Below are positions 1 through 12,762 of a stretch of DNA of 64,000 bases, in pieces. Both the position numbers and the translations under genes were made by a program. Every line of letters begins with the position of its first letter. Position 1 is the first letter of the stretch. The notes below the pieces were generated by a model. It saw only the letters and a program-made list of their open reading frames with translations, was not told where the DNA came from and ran no database searches. The stretch is from Octopus vulgaris (lineage: Eukaryota): assembly GCA_951406725.2 (NCBI GenBank), contig OX597830.1, positions 70,990,001 through 71,054,000 on the forward strand. The letters are read 5' to 3'.

Positions 1-2
1 AA

Positions 3-33
<31 letters not shown>

Positions 34-95
34 GTATATATGTATATGTATGTGTGTATATATATATATATATATACATACATATATATATATAT

Positions 96-648
96 GGTGG
101 CTGCCCCCTCGTTATCGAGTATGTCCATTGCACGAAGCTTAATCAATGTTGTTATCGTGCAATGCCTGTGCAAGAAGATTGTTTTTTAAATGAGGAAAGG
201 CTGTGCACTGAGTCAATCTCACTCACTAAGAAACAGCAGCCATAATCCGAAAAGAAGAACAAGTCAACATCATCGGTAACTACTGAGCCGCAGGTTTTAT
301 GTCGGAGTTATCCCAGTTACCCGAGTTACCTTCTCCTAGAAGGATGCACTAACAAAGGCTAGGAGTCCTTCACTCCCAATGGTTTAATCGCGCGATCGTG
401 TATTCAGTCCGGTTATTTCTATGTCCCCGCGCATGATACAGCCCTAAGACATTTATTGGATGGCCGTTGACTCTCAAGAGTTCCTCCGCCCTTTGACGGG
501 TTTTGCTTTTAATCCTGCAGGGTGTCCAATAAACACCCTCCTCACCAAGCAAGCTTGGTGGGATGCCGGTTTAGTCGCCGACGACCCGACCATGCAACAG
601 GTTGTACTGGGTTACATGCTACCAGTAGCACTCAAAAGTGACCTGACA
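96..648 (-). mobile_element. Non-autonomous RTE-derived retroelement (RTE-like 5' UTR fused to RTE-like 3' end)
   Basis: Minus strand contains an RTE 5'-UTR-type motif (TTCTAGGAGAAGGTAACTC) and ends in a stem-loop tail (CTCGATAACGAGGGGGCAGCCACC) running into (TA)n. No ORF. Flanked by microsatellites. Family assignment is from recalled motifs. Confidence 0.55.
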
Positions 649-669
649 TATAAATAAATATATATATAT

Positions 670-744
<75 letters not shown>

Positions 745-1407
745 CCAAGCTGAGAGGTAAGTAAGAACATAAGCTCATGCAATTCATGCTTTTCATGTCT
801 GGAGAACATGAGAGAGTTTCCTGATGGGCTGTTTGACGGTTCGTTGGTGCTCCTCGAAGAAGACGTGCCCGCTTTTTCGTTGCTTAATCCATGACATTGA
901 ATATTTAGCTGTAATATAAAGCAGTCATGTATTATTCTATCACTGCAGTGAATTGCTTACTTCTCATATTTGCACACTTGACGTTTTGACGTTAATGATT
1001 TATTTCATGCAAATGAAATTGAGGACTAGTGTTGCACATAAAATATATATTGAGTAATTAAAAACAAGCCGGCAAATGTGGCATGAAAAATGAAGGGCAA
1101 ACACTGTTATGTTATACAATAGTGGATTCGAATCAACAATAGATTCTCTCTGGTCAGGCACCATACAAGAGAGTGCATCTATAACAGCTGTTCTCAAAGT
1201 AGTTTAGTTGCATTTTTGTATATTAGTAGTATTTTCGGGGCCCATGTTACTTTGGATGTATTTAGGGCAAAAGACGCTAGGTTTCTTTCTCTAACGTATT
1301 ACATAGTTCAATCTACGCCAAAGAAGTGTCTTTAAAATAAGTTTTTAAACATCGAATGGCGATGAGACTCGACCACAATAGAATAGTAATCAAAGGGGTC
1401 CATAGAT

Positions 1408-1718
1408 GTGGAGGCACATGGCCTAGTGGTTAGAGCAGCGGACTCATGGTCGAGGGATAGCGGGATCGAATCTCAGACCGTGCGATGTGCGTGTTTATGA
1501 GCGAAACACCGAAGCTCCACTCGGCTCCGGCAGAAGTTAATGGCGAACTTCTGCTGACACTTTCGCCACAACTTTCTCTCACTCTTTCCTCCTGCATCTT
1601 GCAGCTCACCTGCGACGGACTGGCGTCCCGTGCAGTTGGGGAACCTATACGCCAAGGAAACCGGGAAACCGGCCCTAATGATCCAGGATATGACTCGAGA
1701 AGGAACAAACAAACAAAT
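1408..1718 (+). mobile_element. tRNA-derived SINE (SINE-D head, tail type 1)
   Basis: A box TGGCCTAGTGG and B-box-like GGATCGAATCTC. Head and body are shared with the SINE at 23053. Tail ends in (AAAC)n. Confidence 0.8.
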
Positions 1719-2096
1719 AGATAAAGAATGGTTGAGAACCACTGATCTAAGCTCTTTCATGCTACACTCTGTTAACTTAATAAGGGAAGAAGACATTGGA
1801 TAAAATAGTCTTACTTTCATTATTTCTGGAAACTAGATATGATGGTCACAGCTGAAAGGTGTCTGACAAAGTGTTTGATCATCAAGTGCTGAATTAGGGA
1901 TTGTAAATAATAAAACAAGAACTACATAAACGACAAAGGCAACAGCACTAAAAGCAACAAAGATAACCGTGGCATCAACCAGCTTAACAGAACAATCAGC
2001 TCATTTTAATGAAAACGAACACCTTTCAAACTTACATCATCTGCTACACTACTTTGTCAAAAGCAAACTGTTATTTCCCAATTTACATTACTACAA

Positions 2097-2571
2097 GGAT
2101 CTTTTCGGTTTGAACGGCAGTTTTTAACATAATTTCTAGGTAACTAAAACATTTTAAACTCCGTATACTGGTAGAATGTGTTTATAAAACATCTTTTTCT
2201 CTTGGCTCTATTGAGAAAATTCTATAGTTTGTAAGATATTTGTTGTTTTTTTTTCTTCAATTTCTGCAATTTCAACCAATCAATGACGTCTATTGAGGTG
2301 AAAAACATTCTGTGCCGTATGAATATGTACCTCGTTTATGAAACAGATTGGGTATATTTACATTTGTGAAGAAAAAAAGATACCCTTCCCCCACCTCTAA
2401 CCCTAACCCTAACCCTAACCCTAACCCTAACCCTGATCCTAACCCTAACTAACCCTGACCCTAAAACAGATTGAAATGCAATAGATCGTTACTAGGGTCA
2501 TAGATCGATACTAGGTGACAATTTCATATGACACCGCTAGAAAAAAACTGCCGTTCAAACCGAAAAGATCC
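2097..2571. mobile_element. MITE with 29-bp perfect TIRs, 5-bp TSD (TACAA) and an internal telomeric tract
   Basis: GGATCTTTTCGGTTTGAACGGCAGTTTTT (2097-2125) and its exact reverse complement (2543-2571). TACAA at 2092-2096 and 2572-2576. Confidence 0.9.
2397..2464 (-). repeat. Interstitial telomere-like (TTAGGG)n tract inside the MITE
   Basis: Five perfect CCCTAA units at 2401-2430, plus degenerate units. Confidence 0.9.
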
Positions 2572-4251
2572 TACAACAGTATAGATATCTCTGTGAAACA
2601 GTAAACTTCAAGGAAACTAGTTAGGCTCAGTGCGGCAAGTAACAAGCAGAAGATACTGAGCTAGTTAGAAATATTAGTTGAGAGTGCAGTGAGTCTAGGA
2701 TTTTACACACAGAACTATATTAGACCGTAACGAAAGAAAACAAATTCACTCTACTGATATGATAAAGTCATTCACAAATACTCTCATACTTCTAGCCCTT
2801 ATATATACCTCCTTCTGATTTTTCTCATTCATCTATATCGTTCCCTTCTGATTGTTGGCTGTCTTCACATAGGCGCCTTCTCTACACTTGTCTGTTTTTA
2901 TCTCATTAACAATTTTTTTTGTCCAAGACATTCACTAACGTTTTACGTACAATCCCGTCTTCGGAATGCTTGCTCTCTAGAATTTCCTGTCTGTGCATCT
3001 TCCTACAGCCATCGACTTGCAATAGTTGAAGGGGAGTTAGCAGCATTTATCTATTTCTGAGGATCTGTGAAGACCATAGGCTCTGACCATTTCTTTCCTC
3101 CAGACCCAGAATGTAAATTCAAATATAAAAGAACCTCTTGTCATAGAATTTATTCCGCTCAACAGTAAACACTGTTGGCCGAATCGTTTCTGCGTCGGAC
3201 AAAATATCCAGCACCATTTGATTTCCAAATTTTTAGTTCTGAGTTCATAACCATACTGAGATCGACTTTACCTTTTTTCTTTCTATCTTGGAGGTCGATA
3301 AAATAAAGTGTCAGTCAAGTACCGAATTGGACTTAATCGACTCAAACTGGCGTCTTCCAGGAGTGTTCAAGCAAAGGTTTCTTCTGATCAAAGCTAAGAT
3401 TATCGAACGAACATTTTTGGTATCTTTGTGGTACATTCTCTTGAAGAGTAGATTAGTATAAAAAGCAACATCTACAGATTTAGGCTCTTTCTTTCTTTCT
3501 TTTTCTCTTTGCCGCTCCATCTTTCTCATTCTTTCACTCTCATCAGAGACCAGGCCATTCACTACGCCTTTGTTTCCAATCCTCTCCTCCACAAAACATC
3601 CGCTAGTTGGATTTCCTTCCCTGTGTATTTTCAAACAGTCATCAACTGTTTAAGCGCAATGCTCCGGGTGTCGGTGATCATAGACCTCCATGCACTATGA
3701 AAGATACAGTCGTGGTTTCCCGCTGCCTTCTGCCAGTTTATCCAGAGTTTACTTAGCTAACACTTACTCAACCGAGCTTACACTTGAGCCAGGGGGCCTA
3801 TTTAATATATTTGGCAGAGTCAATGATATCAGGGCATCTTCACACATCTGTGGTCCTGTGTGAGGCATGCATATGGAAAAGGACCGTCTTTTGTTATTTG
3901 GCCCATCATTGGGGTCATTGGCAGGCACTACTGCAGCAAACTTCGCTGAATGACAATAATATAAATAAGTTAACAAAAGAATTGACTCCTTTCAAAAACT
4001 TCAGCATCTTGTCGGGAATGGAAAGTATTCTTACACTGAAAAGAAAAATGTTAATCTAGCTATAGTTACTTTCCAATTTAATTTAAGGATCTGAGACCGA
4101 GAAGCCTAATAGGCCCCACATAGAATAAGTGAAAACGTCTCATAAGCGTAGTTAGCATGTCGTCTGTGAGTATACCTGAAAAGACAAAATTTGTAATGTC
4201 AATCTGTGCAAGATTCATGGCCTTTCATACATAAAATTTTCAAAAATTTAT

Positions 4252-4474
4252 ACTCTTTTACTAGTTTCAGTCATTAGGATGCGGTCATGCTGGGGCACCG
4301 CCCTGAAGAATTTTAGTCGCACGAATCGACCACACAACTCATTTTATTTTTTTAACCTGGTACATATGCTCACGGTGTCTTTTGCTAAAACGATACATTA
4401 GAAGCACGTAAACACAAAACACTGGTTGTCAAACGGTGGTAGGGGACAAACACACACACACACATATATGTATA

Positions 4475-4511
<37 letters not shown>

Positions 4512-4530
4512 GTATATATATGGGTGTATA

Positions 4531-4568
<38 letters not shown>

Positions 4569-4750
4569 CAAAAACACACACACACACATATATATAAACG
4601 ACGTATTCGTTCAGTTTCCGTCTACCAAAGCCACTCACAAATCTTTAGTCGTCCCGGAGCTACAGTAAAAGACACTTGTCCAAAGCGCCACACAGTCAAC
4701 AGAAACTAAGATCACGTGGTTGGAAAGTAAACCTCTAACCAGGCAGCCAT
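4252..4750 (-). mobile_element. SINE-C copy (diverged)
   Basis: Reverse-complement match to intact copies at 39807 and 63061, with the central CA/TA microsatellite. Confidence 0.8.
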
Positions 4751-5552
4751 ATTTCTTTCAATCTAAATGGATTAGACACGGAATTTGGTTGATTAAAGAA
4801 TGCCTAATAAAATATTTCCTAATTATTCACTCTCATAATTGTTCATTAAATGTTGGGTAGTTTTCCCTTAAGGTTGAAAGACAAATTGACATCGCAATGG
4901 TGACTGAAAGACAACTCCATACACTGCAAAACTCCTGAACTCTAAAACTGGATCCTTAACATGAATATCAGAATGAATCAACCTTGAATTCTCGGCATGA
5001 AGTTCTACTTGGGAATTTGTGTCTGCAAGAAATAGCAACGATATTCTGCATTTCATCAAACTCTAATGTTTATAAATAGGAAAGTGATCTTAAATAATGT
5101 ACTCCTAGATACTCGTAGCAAGGTGGTATAACCACAGCTAAAATGATTTTGATCGTAGATCTTCTGGATCAGTGCTTGTCAACTGTGCCTAATCACCAGC
5201 AACAATTAGAAAAAAACATCAACAACAAAAATACCTACAACAGCAAAAATAATGTAGATACATGTTTCACGCCCCACCACCCAATCAAATAATAAAAAGA
5301 AAGAAGAAGAATTTTAGAGTTCAGTAAAGAGATTGTGTCTTTAATGTATGACGAGAGAATATTTGTCGAAATAAATAAAATGTGCTGCTCTTGGAAAGCG
5401 ATAAGATTTAAGTATTAAATGAGGACTTATGAACTATGAGGATGTGAGGTGTCCCTGACGGAGTACTGAAGACACAAATATCCACGCATACACCCATAAT
5501 ATATGTCTACACACACACAGACACACATACATGTATGTATGTGTATATACAT

Positions 5553-5589
<37 letters not shown>

Positions 5590-5672
5590 CACATAAATAC
5601 ATGTATACATATAAATGCGTAAATATATACATCCACATATACATATGTACCCATACATCTGTATATATATAC

Positions 5673-5729
<57 letters not shown>

Positions 5730-6124
5730 AACATGAATGAATACAGGCATAGGTATTTTATAGTCGTTTAAATATCCTTCGCAGTCCAGCCTCTTTGTCG
5801 GATTACAAACATATCAAAAACCTGAAACAGATTTTTTTGTTGTAAAGTATTTTATCTTATCTGACCACTTGTGAAAGAGCATGGATTTTGGTTGGATGGC
5901 TTTATTTAAGGGGCGAAAAAAATACAACAACAATAACAAATAAACAAAAGCACTTTATCCAATATGCATGGTAGCAGTAGTAGTAGTAGTAGTAGTAGAA
6001 GTAGTAGTGATACATAGCATGTTGACTGTTCAGCATCTTTGACCTGTTGTAGGAATTGATGGGAAAAGTACGCTGTAGAATTCTGCAACTCTTGGACTCT
6101 CAATGATATCGCTAGAAGACCTGT

Positions 6125-6201
<77 letters not shown>

Positions 6202-6629
6202 GTTGTGTGTGTGTGTATGTATCTATGTATGTATTTATTCAGTGTTATGTTAATATAAGATCATGGAGAAGAAATGTAGCGGATACGTATTTAATTTTAT
6301 GTGTATCACGATGAGAACATATCAAACAATATAATACATATAAGATTTTAAAGGAAATCATAAAAAATAAGTATAAAAAGTGCCTACACATGTTTCCATC
6401 CGGCCACTGGATGAACAGTGCTTGGATCATCAGCATTCGAATCATGTTAAGAGTTATAGATGGAAAAGAACCCCACAGTATGACCGAATTTTACCATATT
6501 AACATAACACTATATTGATCTGTTTATCCTTATGTATTACAGAATTTTCTCTCAATATATAAATCGATAACACCAGTTGATCTCTGGATTTTACAATCTT
6601 TAACGAGGGAATTACATCCTCAATATATA

Positions 6630-6689
<60 letters not shown>

Positions 6690-6690
<1 letters not shown>

Positions 6691-6988
6691 ATACTTTGAT
6701 ACTTTGATAGGTTTCGGCCATTATTGGCCCAGGCCATGTCTAACTTAATAGCACCACCTATTAATATATATTATTCTTCTACCTTACTACTTCCGTCTTT
6801 CAGTATGTGACCTCGTGAGTACCTCTGTCTTCCCTTCTCGGGATCTTTCCTTCTCCTATGTTTCCGACGAAGAGCTCCGCTCGAAACGTTAAACCCCCCT
6901 TCTTCCCTTCTTTCCTGAGCGTCCAATAATACTGTATTTGTTCCACGTCCTTGCGTTGTTGTGTTTTTTTGTTTTCTTGTTTGGATTA

Positions 6989-6992
<4 letters not shown>
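6690..6992 (+). mobile_element. Penelope-like terminal (pLTR) fragment in (TA)n
   Basis: Short unique insert between TA tracts, carrying a minimal hammerhead fold followed by a T-rich tail. Confidence 0.6.
6860..6894 (+). ncRNA. Minimal type I hammerhead ribozyme motif
   Basis: GTTT-CCGACGA-A-GAGC(TCC)GCTC-GAAA-CG-TT^AAAC. Stem I GTTT/AAAC, stem II GAGC/GCTC, palindromic AACGTT stem III. Confidence 0.65.
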
Positions 6993-7046
<54 letters not shown>

Positions 7047-7291
7047 ATTATGTCTGTGTATGTATGTATTTAATGTTTGTGTCTCACGTCCCCCTAACCT
7101 AGCGCTTCGTCAAAGAATAGAGTAATACCAGGTTTTACAAAAGAAAAAAAAAACGTACTGCGGTCGATTCAAGAAATTGTTCAAGTTGTTACCCCAGCAT
7201 GGCCGCAGTCTAAAACAGGGAAAAATCTGTGTATGTGTATGTTTGTGTGTGTTTGTGTGTGTGTGTGTGCATGCGTGCGTGTGTATGTATA

Positions 7292-7688
7292 TTCTTTTAC
7301 TTGTTTTAGTCAATTGACTGTTGCCATGCTGGAGCACCGCCTTTTAGTCGAAGAAATCGACCACTGGACTTACTCTTTGTAATCCTGGTGCTTATTCTAT
7401 CGGTGTCTTCTGCTGAACCGCTATATTAAGGGGGATGTAAACACACCAACATTGGTTGTCAAGCGGTGGTGGTGGTGGGAGACAAACGGACACAAACACA
7501 CATAAATATATACGTATGCATAAATACGACGGGCTTCTTTCAGTTTCCATCTAACAAATCCACTCACAAGACTTTGGTCGGCCCAAGGCTATAGCAGACG
7601 ACACTTGCCCAAGGCGCCACGCAGTGGGACTGAACCCGGAACCATGTAACCATGTGGTTGGGAAGCAAGCTTCTTATCACACAGCCAC
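7292..7688 (-). mobile_element. SINE-C copy
   Basis: Near full-length reverse-complement match to SINE-C. Confidence 0.85.
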
Positions 7689-7975
7689 ATGAGCCCTAGG
7701 TCTTACCATAAATCTAAAGAAGACGGTTAATTTACCAAGCAAGGCAAAGAAATGGATTGAAGCTCATCCTATGCACATTCTTTCAGGGAATCAAATAAAA
7801 GTGAAGAATCGTTATTTGAAATATGTAAACTCTTACCCCTACCTGAAGAGCAAAGTTAATACAAGGGAAACGCTGAATAATGAGGGCTTAAATAGGTTAA
7901 CCAAAGTAAGTGCCTCCTTTGGGAATTGTACTATTAGTTAAATATAAAATCCCAAGAAGAGACAGAGTAGTAACG

Positions 7976-8223
7976 TATACTAAACAGTAAATGTGCTGTC
8001 ACATCAAAGTGGTAGTTGAATGTTACTACTAGTTTAACCCCAGGCAGATTCTCCACCAACTGGTTTTCGATACAACGTTCTGTATTCTTCATATACAATA
8101 TATCGCTAGTAGGAGAAGCAAACCTGTACTAAACTCTATCAACTAACAGGATCGCCTGGGGTTAAACTAGTAGTAACAATCAACTGCAACTTAGATATGG
8201 CAACTCATTTACTGTTTAGTATA
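7976..8223. repeat. Imperfect inverted repeat (about 70-bp arms, about 108-bp spacer)
   Basis: 7976-8045 matches the reverse complement of 8154-8223 with about 8 mismatches. Confidence 0.85.
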
Positions 8224-8759
8224 TTTTCCATATTACAGCAAAACAAATCTGCTTATTAATTAGTTATTAGTATATAACTTATACTAAATGTAAGCAATTA
8301 TTAAAGTCTGCACTGTCTGGAGAATACTTATATTCGTGTCGAAACGTGTCAATACCTATGCATGTATTCAGTAACAGATCTGTAGTTTATACTTATCCCG
8401 GGGTAGTCATATTTACGGATAGCTCTGTATATTTATTTATCAACAGCCTCATGTCACAGTGGGGAAGATTGTTGCTGCTAATTGTATGTGTTCTGTTCTT
8501 CACAGAAGAATGGTATAACAGACATTTACGATTGTATTTTAGGAGTTTAAGGGTTTCACTGTTATGTTCATTCATTAGATATTTTGTGGCTATCGTGTTA
8601 TCTTGGATCGCAAAAGAGTTACCTTTGAGATATGACATGAAGCAGCAGACATATGTCTGAGACAGGTTGCACTCAGGACGGTGAGAGAAAAACACTGCTA
8701 CCGTTGGCGAACTCTTGTACCAGCCTGTATAAATAACAAGTTTACTTCCAAGCCACGGG

Positions 8760-11578
8760 GTTAATACAGAGAGATGAGGAAAGAAAACTTTACTGCTAAG
8801 AAAGCATCCCACCACACTCAAGAAGATCATAAATCATTCTGGTATAAAATCTGGAATGAAAACAGAGTTTTCAACCTTAATGCATCGTGGCCAAATGCAG
8901 TTAGGAGAGAAGGCTGTGCCAATATCGACAGTAAAACATACGCAATTGACATGAAAACTTTCACTATAACTGTAGGCAAACTACATAATGAGAAGGCACC
9001 TGGAAAAGACCTAATAGTTGGATATTGGTACGAGCGGCCGACATTTTACTGAAATACAATAAAATGTATATTCAAAAGGACTATGGAAGGTCAGATTGAC
9101 ATACCAAATTGGCTTGCTATAGAACGTACAAATTTTGTAGCTAAGAATGACAACTGCGTTGACAGAAAGCTATAATTCCATTACTTACCTAACCATTATG
9201 AACAAGCTGTACACGGGCTGCTTCAACCAATTCCTTCAGGATCATTGTGAGTCCAACAACATTGTGATGTGCAGGTAGGTGGAAAGGAGTTTGAGGTTGT
9301 GCCAAATAACTTTTGATAAACAAAGCTTTAGTGTCTCAAGTAGGAAAACACCGTAGAATCCGTGTAGTAAGGTTTTATTATAGCAAAGCATTCAAATCTA
9401 TTCCACATTCATGGCTGCTGAAATGTCTACATCTGGAAAAAGTAACTGCTACATCAGTTGCTGATATTAAGAGGCTCACAAAGATCGGGTCAACAAGTCT
9501 CACCCCTTACAACTGAGAACGATACGATCGTCTCCGGTGTTATAAATGTTTGAAAGGAAATATTCCAAGGAGACAGTCTTTCTGCAATTCTGTTCATTTT
9601 GGCTTTGCTGCTATAGAATTTAAATAGCAACAAGCTAGGGACTACCACGCTAGAGATATCAATGTAGTCCATAATGTTTCTTTTAAAATGACCTGAAGAT
9701 TTATCCTAAAATTGTTAATAATGTTAGGCGCTGGAGTCGATGTGTGGTAAGTAGCTTGCTTACCAACCACATGGTTCTGAGTTCAGTCCCACAGCGTGGC
9801 ACCTTGGGCAAGTGTCTTCTACTATAGCCTCGGGCCGACCAAAGCCTTATGAATGGATTTGGTAGACGGAAACTGAAAGAAGCCCGTCGTATATATGTAT
9901 ATGTATGTATATATATGTGTGTGTGTTTGTGTGTATGTGTCCTCTCAACATCGCTTGACAACCGATGCGGGTGTGTTTACGCCCCCGTTACTTAGCGGTT
10001 CGGCAAAAGAGACCAATAGAATAAGTACTAGGCTTACAAAGAATAAGTCATGGGGTCGATTTGCTCGAATAAAGGTGGTGCTCCAGCATGGCCACAGTCA
10101 AATGATTGAAACAAGTAAAATAGTAATACTAAAGCAGCTGGAGTTAGTAATAACATTTGCAGCTGATTTAGGAATGGAATTTGGTCAAAAGAAGTGCACG
10201 TATTTAATTGTTGAATTTAGAAAATCGGCACCCACCCAGACCTCCAAAACTGTGCATTATCTCACCTGTTCCTCACAAAGAACGCTGCTAATACCTAAAG
10301 GCGCAGTGAATAAAGATAGAATGCTCCGAGGATATTATACCAGGCTTATAACAGAACTAAGTAATATTCCACAAAACCTTTTCTGTACCAGAGCTGGTTC
10401 CAACATTTGGGATATTTGACTGGTCTGTAGAGGCAATCCACTCTATAGACATTAAAACATGCAATATCCTGACATCAACTGGAAATTCCTGGAAACAGTA
10501 AGGTCGACAGTCCCTACTTAAGAAACGATGAAGGATGTAGGGACTTGAGACCAGTGCCGACAACCTCTCTGATACAACATCTGAAAACACAATGACAACA
10601 ACAAATAAATACACAAACTTGGTGCAGAATGGTGAAGAGAACAACATCCTATGTGTCCGCAGTGAGCTTCTCAAGAAGCGCTCTCTACAACCCCAAACAA
10701 TCGGACTAACATACCTCAAAAAGAGATGAAGGTAAAACGCTCAGAAGAGTCTATGTGTGGGTAGTTTCTCGAAGACTTGAAGAAGACAGTGATATCGGCA
10801 TGAAGAACACTCTCTTGGACTCGAGACCGTTTACATTATATGTCAAAAGCTATGCATTTACAGTCCAAGAACAGGAGATTTTTACGAAATATTAAATTAA
10901 ACAAGAAAGACATTGAAGGCCTTGGTGTCCCAAGCTGAGACCGAAAATATTGGTTACGTCATATTTCTGAGGAGGACCCCCATATATGTGATTAGCAGCT
11001 GCCCAAAAATGTCAACAAAATATGGAAAATCTCTCTATGCAACACGATGTCGTCGCAAAATCGATATACAGTACCATTCGAAGAAGAAACTGTCCATAAA
11101 TAAATATAGAGAATTATTCAACACATGAGCCAACATCAACACAAGGAATATGGACAGAACATTTTCATCAGTGTAAACATGATAGGCTGGATATGATTGT
11201 CTGGGACAGACAAGAAATAGCATGTACTACCATGTCCATCAGCTGCTCTTCGAAGAGAAAGAGGATAACTACGGACTGCTGCTTCAAAAACTCTTGTCTT
11301 TAGCAGATGAATACCAATGATAATTGGTGCACTTGGTTTTGTGGGTAAATATCTAAGTGATATTTTGGATTAATTAGAGTTTTCAGGAAAAGAAATCAAC
11401 CAGCTACTTCGCACGTTACAAGCACAATCTGTAAGTGAAACAGTAAAAATATGGAAGACTTTGCTCAAGCTTAATATAAAAATTTAGTTTTGTTATCAAC
11501 ATTACAACATTACAACGACGGAGCTTGATACTTCTGTTAGAAACCAGCTCCTTCCAGCGAGGAAGATTTCAAATAAGA
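8760..11578 (+). pseudogene. Decayed RLE-type (R4/Dong-like) non-LTR retrotransposon, RT through C-terminus
   Basis: Broken frames give KAPGKDLIVGYWY, YSKAFKSIPHSWLLKCL, IFQGDSLS, FAADLGMEFGQKKC, VQEQEIFTKY and IIGALGFV. Many stops and frameshifts. Interrupted by SINE-C at 9727-10120. Confidence 0.8.
9727..10120 (+). mobile_element. SINE-C copy inserted in the LINE
   Basis: tRNA-like head (GTGTGGTAAG...GTTCAGTCCC), central TA/TG tract, tail GAAACAAGTAAAA. Confidence 0.9.
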
Positions 11579-11735
11579 GAACATAGATAGATACATGCAT
11601 AAACACACACTCACACACACACATGCACTCACACACACACATGCACACGTGCACTCACACATACACACACACATACACACACACACACACACAAGCACAC
11701 GTATATGGACATATAGTTTATGTATGTATATGTGT

Positions 11736-11772
<37 letters not shown>

Positions 11773-11787
11773 TGTATATACATTTAT

Positions 11788-11856
<69 letters not shown>

Positions 11857-11911
11857 GAGAGAGAGAGAGAGAGAGAGAGAGAAAGAAAGAGATAGATACA
11901 TAAAGAAAGAA

Positions 11912-11954
<43 letters not shown>

Positions 11955-12705
11955 TACCACCTGGTTGGTAGGCCCCCAACATAAAATGATTGTGCATTTA
12001 ATTCTATATACCATAAAATGCTTTCAATCTTGCTTCAAACTCCTTTCTCCTCTCTCTCACACACTCACACACACACTCTCTCTCTCTCTATGTATGCACT
12101 TCTTCTCTCACCCTGTCCATCTCCTTCTCTCTCTCTCTCTCCCTCTCTCTCTCAAAACATGATAATATAACGTAGCATTGTGTCCCGTTGACTATGATCA
12201 GAGTAATTTTCACTTTCATTCTTTTTCTTCTTTTTTTTCCTATTGAAATGTTCATCTAATGTCAACAGGTCGGATATGTTTGTTGTTCGAATATTTAGAA
12301 TTCGCCTTCACTTGACATCAGAACGTCTCATATTTCAACTTTACCGTTCAAATTCTCTTCATCGCTGACGTCACAATATCACATGATTGTGAAAAGCGAT
12401 ACGGATTAAATTAATCCTTTTCAAAAGAAATTCTACAGAAATCACGTGAACTCGACATCATTCTTCCGTAAATAACACCGTTGCTTTTCACAGCAATATT
12501 GGTTTATATAGTTGACTTGAATAGTCTTGGAGACGAAGAATATCTCTCCATCGTCCATTCAAATCAAAACTTTTGTCAAACATGCCGAATCTGTGTCAAT
12601 GTATATGTGTGCATTTGTATGAGCGTGCACTGCACACGTGTGTGTGTTTGTGTGTGTGTATGAGTGTGTGTATGAGTGTGTGTGTGTGTGTATGTGTAAG
12701 TACGT

Positions 12706-12762
<57 letters not shown>

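Noticed and set aside
2397-2464. Chromosome end or telomere fusion site
   Set aside because: The tract is short, degenerate, single-orientation and enclosed by MITE TIRs.
3311-3634. 107-aa ORF
   Set aside because: It has no ATG start or recognisable domain, and overlaps a SINE remnant and a CT-rich tract.
12361-12400. Pre-miRNA hairpin
   Set aside because: The stem is only about 13 bp with an internal loop. I recognised no conserved bilaterian mature miRNA anywhere in the window, by eye only.
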